A model generated the notes under the pieces. The model was not told the DNA's origin and did not search any database. It saw only the letters and a list, made by a program, of their open reading frames with translations. A stretch of DNA of 36,673 nucleotides from Folioceros fuciformis (taxonomy: Eukaryota). Location of the stretch: assembly GCA_049999805.1 (NCBI GenBank), contig JBNGIO010006235.1, positions 86,430-123,102 of the forward strand, given 5' to 3'. Both the position numbers and the translations under genes were made by a program. This document shows, piece by piece, positions 36,394 to 36,673 of the stretch (its first letter is position 1; every line of letters starts with the position of its first letter).

Positions 36394-36673
36394 ATGGCAG
36401 GTGTGCGAGGAAATGCGGCAGGAATCGTGTGGATGATGCTCCTCCTCCTTTGCAGTCCTCAGCTCGGACTGAACGTGGTGGCCCAGACCTGCAGTGCAAC
36501 CTCGCTGTGTGCCGACAACCTTTGCTGCAGTCAATACAACTACTGCGGTAGCACATCTGACTACTGCGGCGACGGCTGCCTGAGCGGGCCCTGCACGGGA
36601 TCGGGATCCACGCCCGCGCCGCCGGTGGCCCAGACCTGCAGTGCAACCTCGCTGTGTGCCGACAACTTGTGCT
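36394..36673 (+). CDS. Secreted hevein-type (CBM18) chitin-binding protein or chitinase, 5' partial, at least 2 tandem hevein domains
   Basis: MAGVRGNAAGIVWMMLLLLCSPQLGLNVVA (signal peptide), QTCSATSLCADNLCCSQYNYCGSTSDYCGDGCLSGPC (8 Cys), G/S/P linker, second QTCSATSLCADNLC. Absent from the ORF track because it runs off the window. Confidence 0.9.
   Translation, partial: MAGVRGNAAGIVWMMLLLLCSPQLGLNVVAQTCSATSLCADNLCCSQYNYCGSTSDYCGDGCLSGPCTGSGSTPAPPVAQTCSATSLCADNLC

Overview
Gene-dense eukaryotic land-plant nuclear DNA with short (about 65-240 bp) GT-AG introns. It is most likely a hornwort (Anthoceros-like); this is inferred from the PPR subtypes, not proven. In order: a degenerate repeat region (1-2.4 kb); VPS52 (+, about 20 exons); an intronless PLS-class PPR gene (-) ending in a DYW:KP/'GRP' domain, a candidate U-to-C RNA-editing factor, with two N-terminal OSB-type 'PDF' ssDNA-binding motifs; a GRF-zinc-finger/CCHC-knuckle gene (+) converging on a GT47 exostosin gene (-); PII1/MRC (+); a possible small unannotated spliced gene (-); RPSA (-) and RPT4 (+) head-to-head; two paralogous PLS PPR genes (+) with truncated or eroded WW-type DYW tails, separated by an inverted PPR pseudogene; more repeats; and the 5' end of a secreted tandem-hevein (chitin-binding) gene. 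The most notable observation is the PDF-motif + PPR + DYW:KP fusion, together with an N-terminal module shared by PPR editors whose C-termini belong to different classes. All identifications come from motif recognition by eye; no database search was run.
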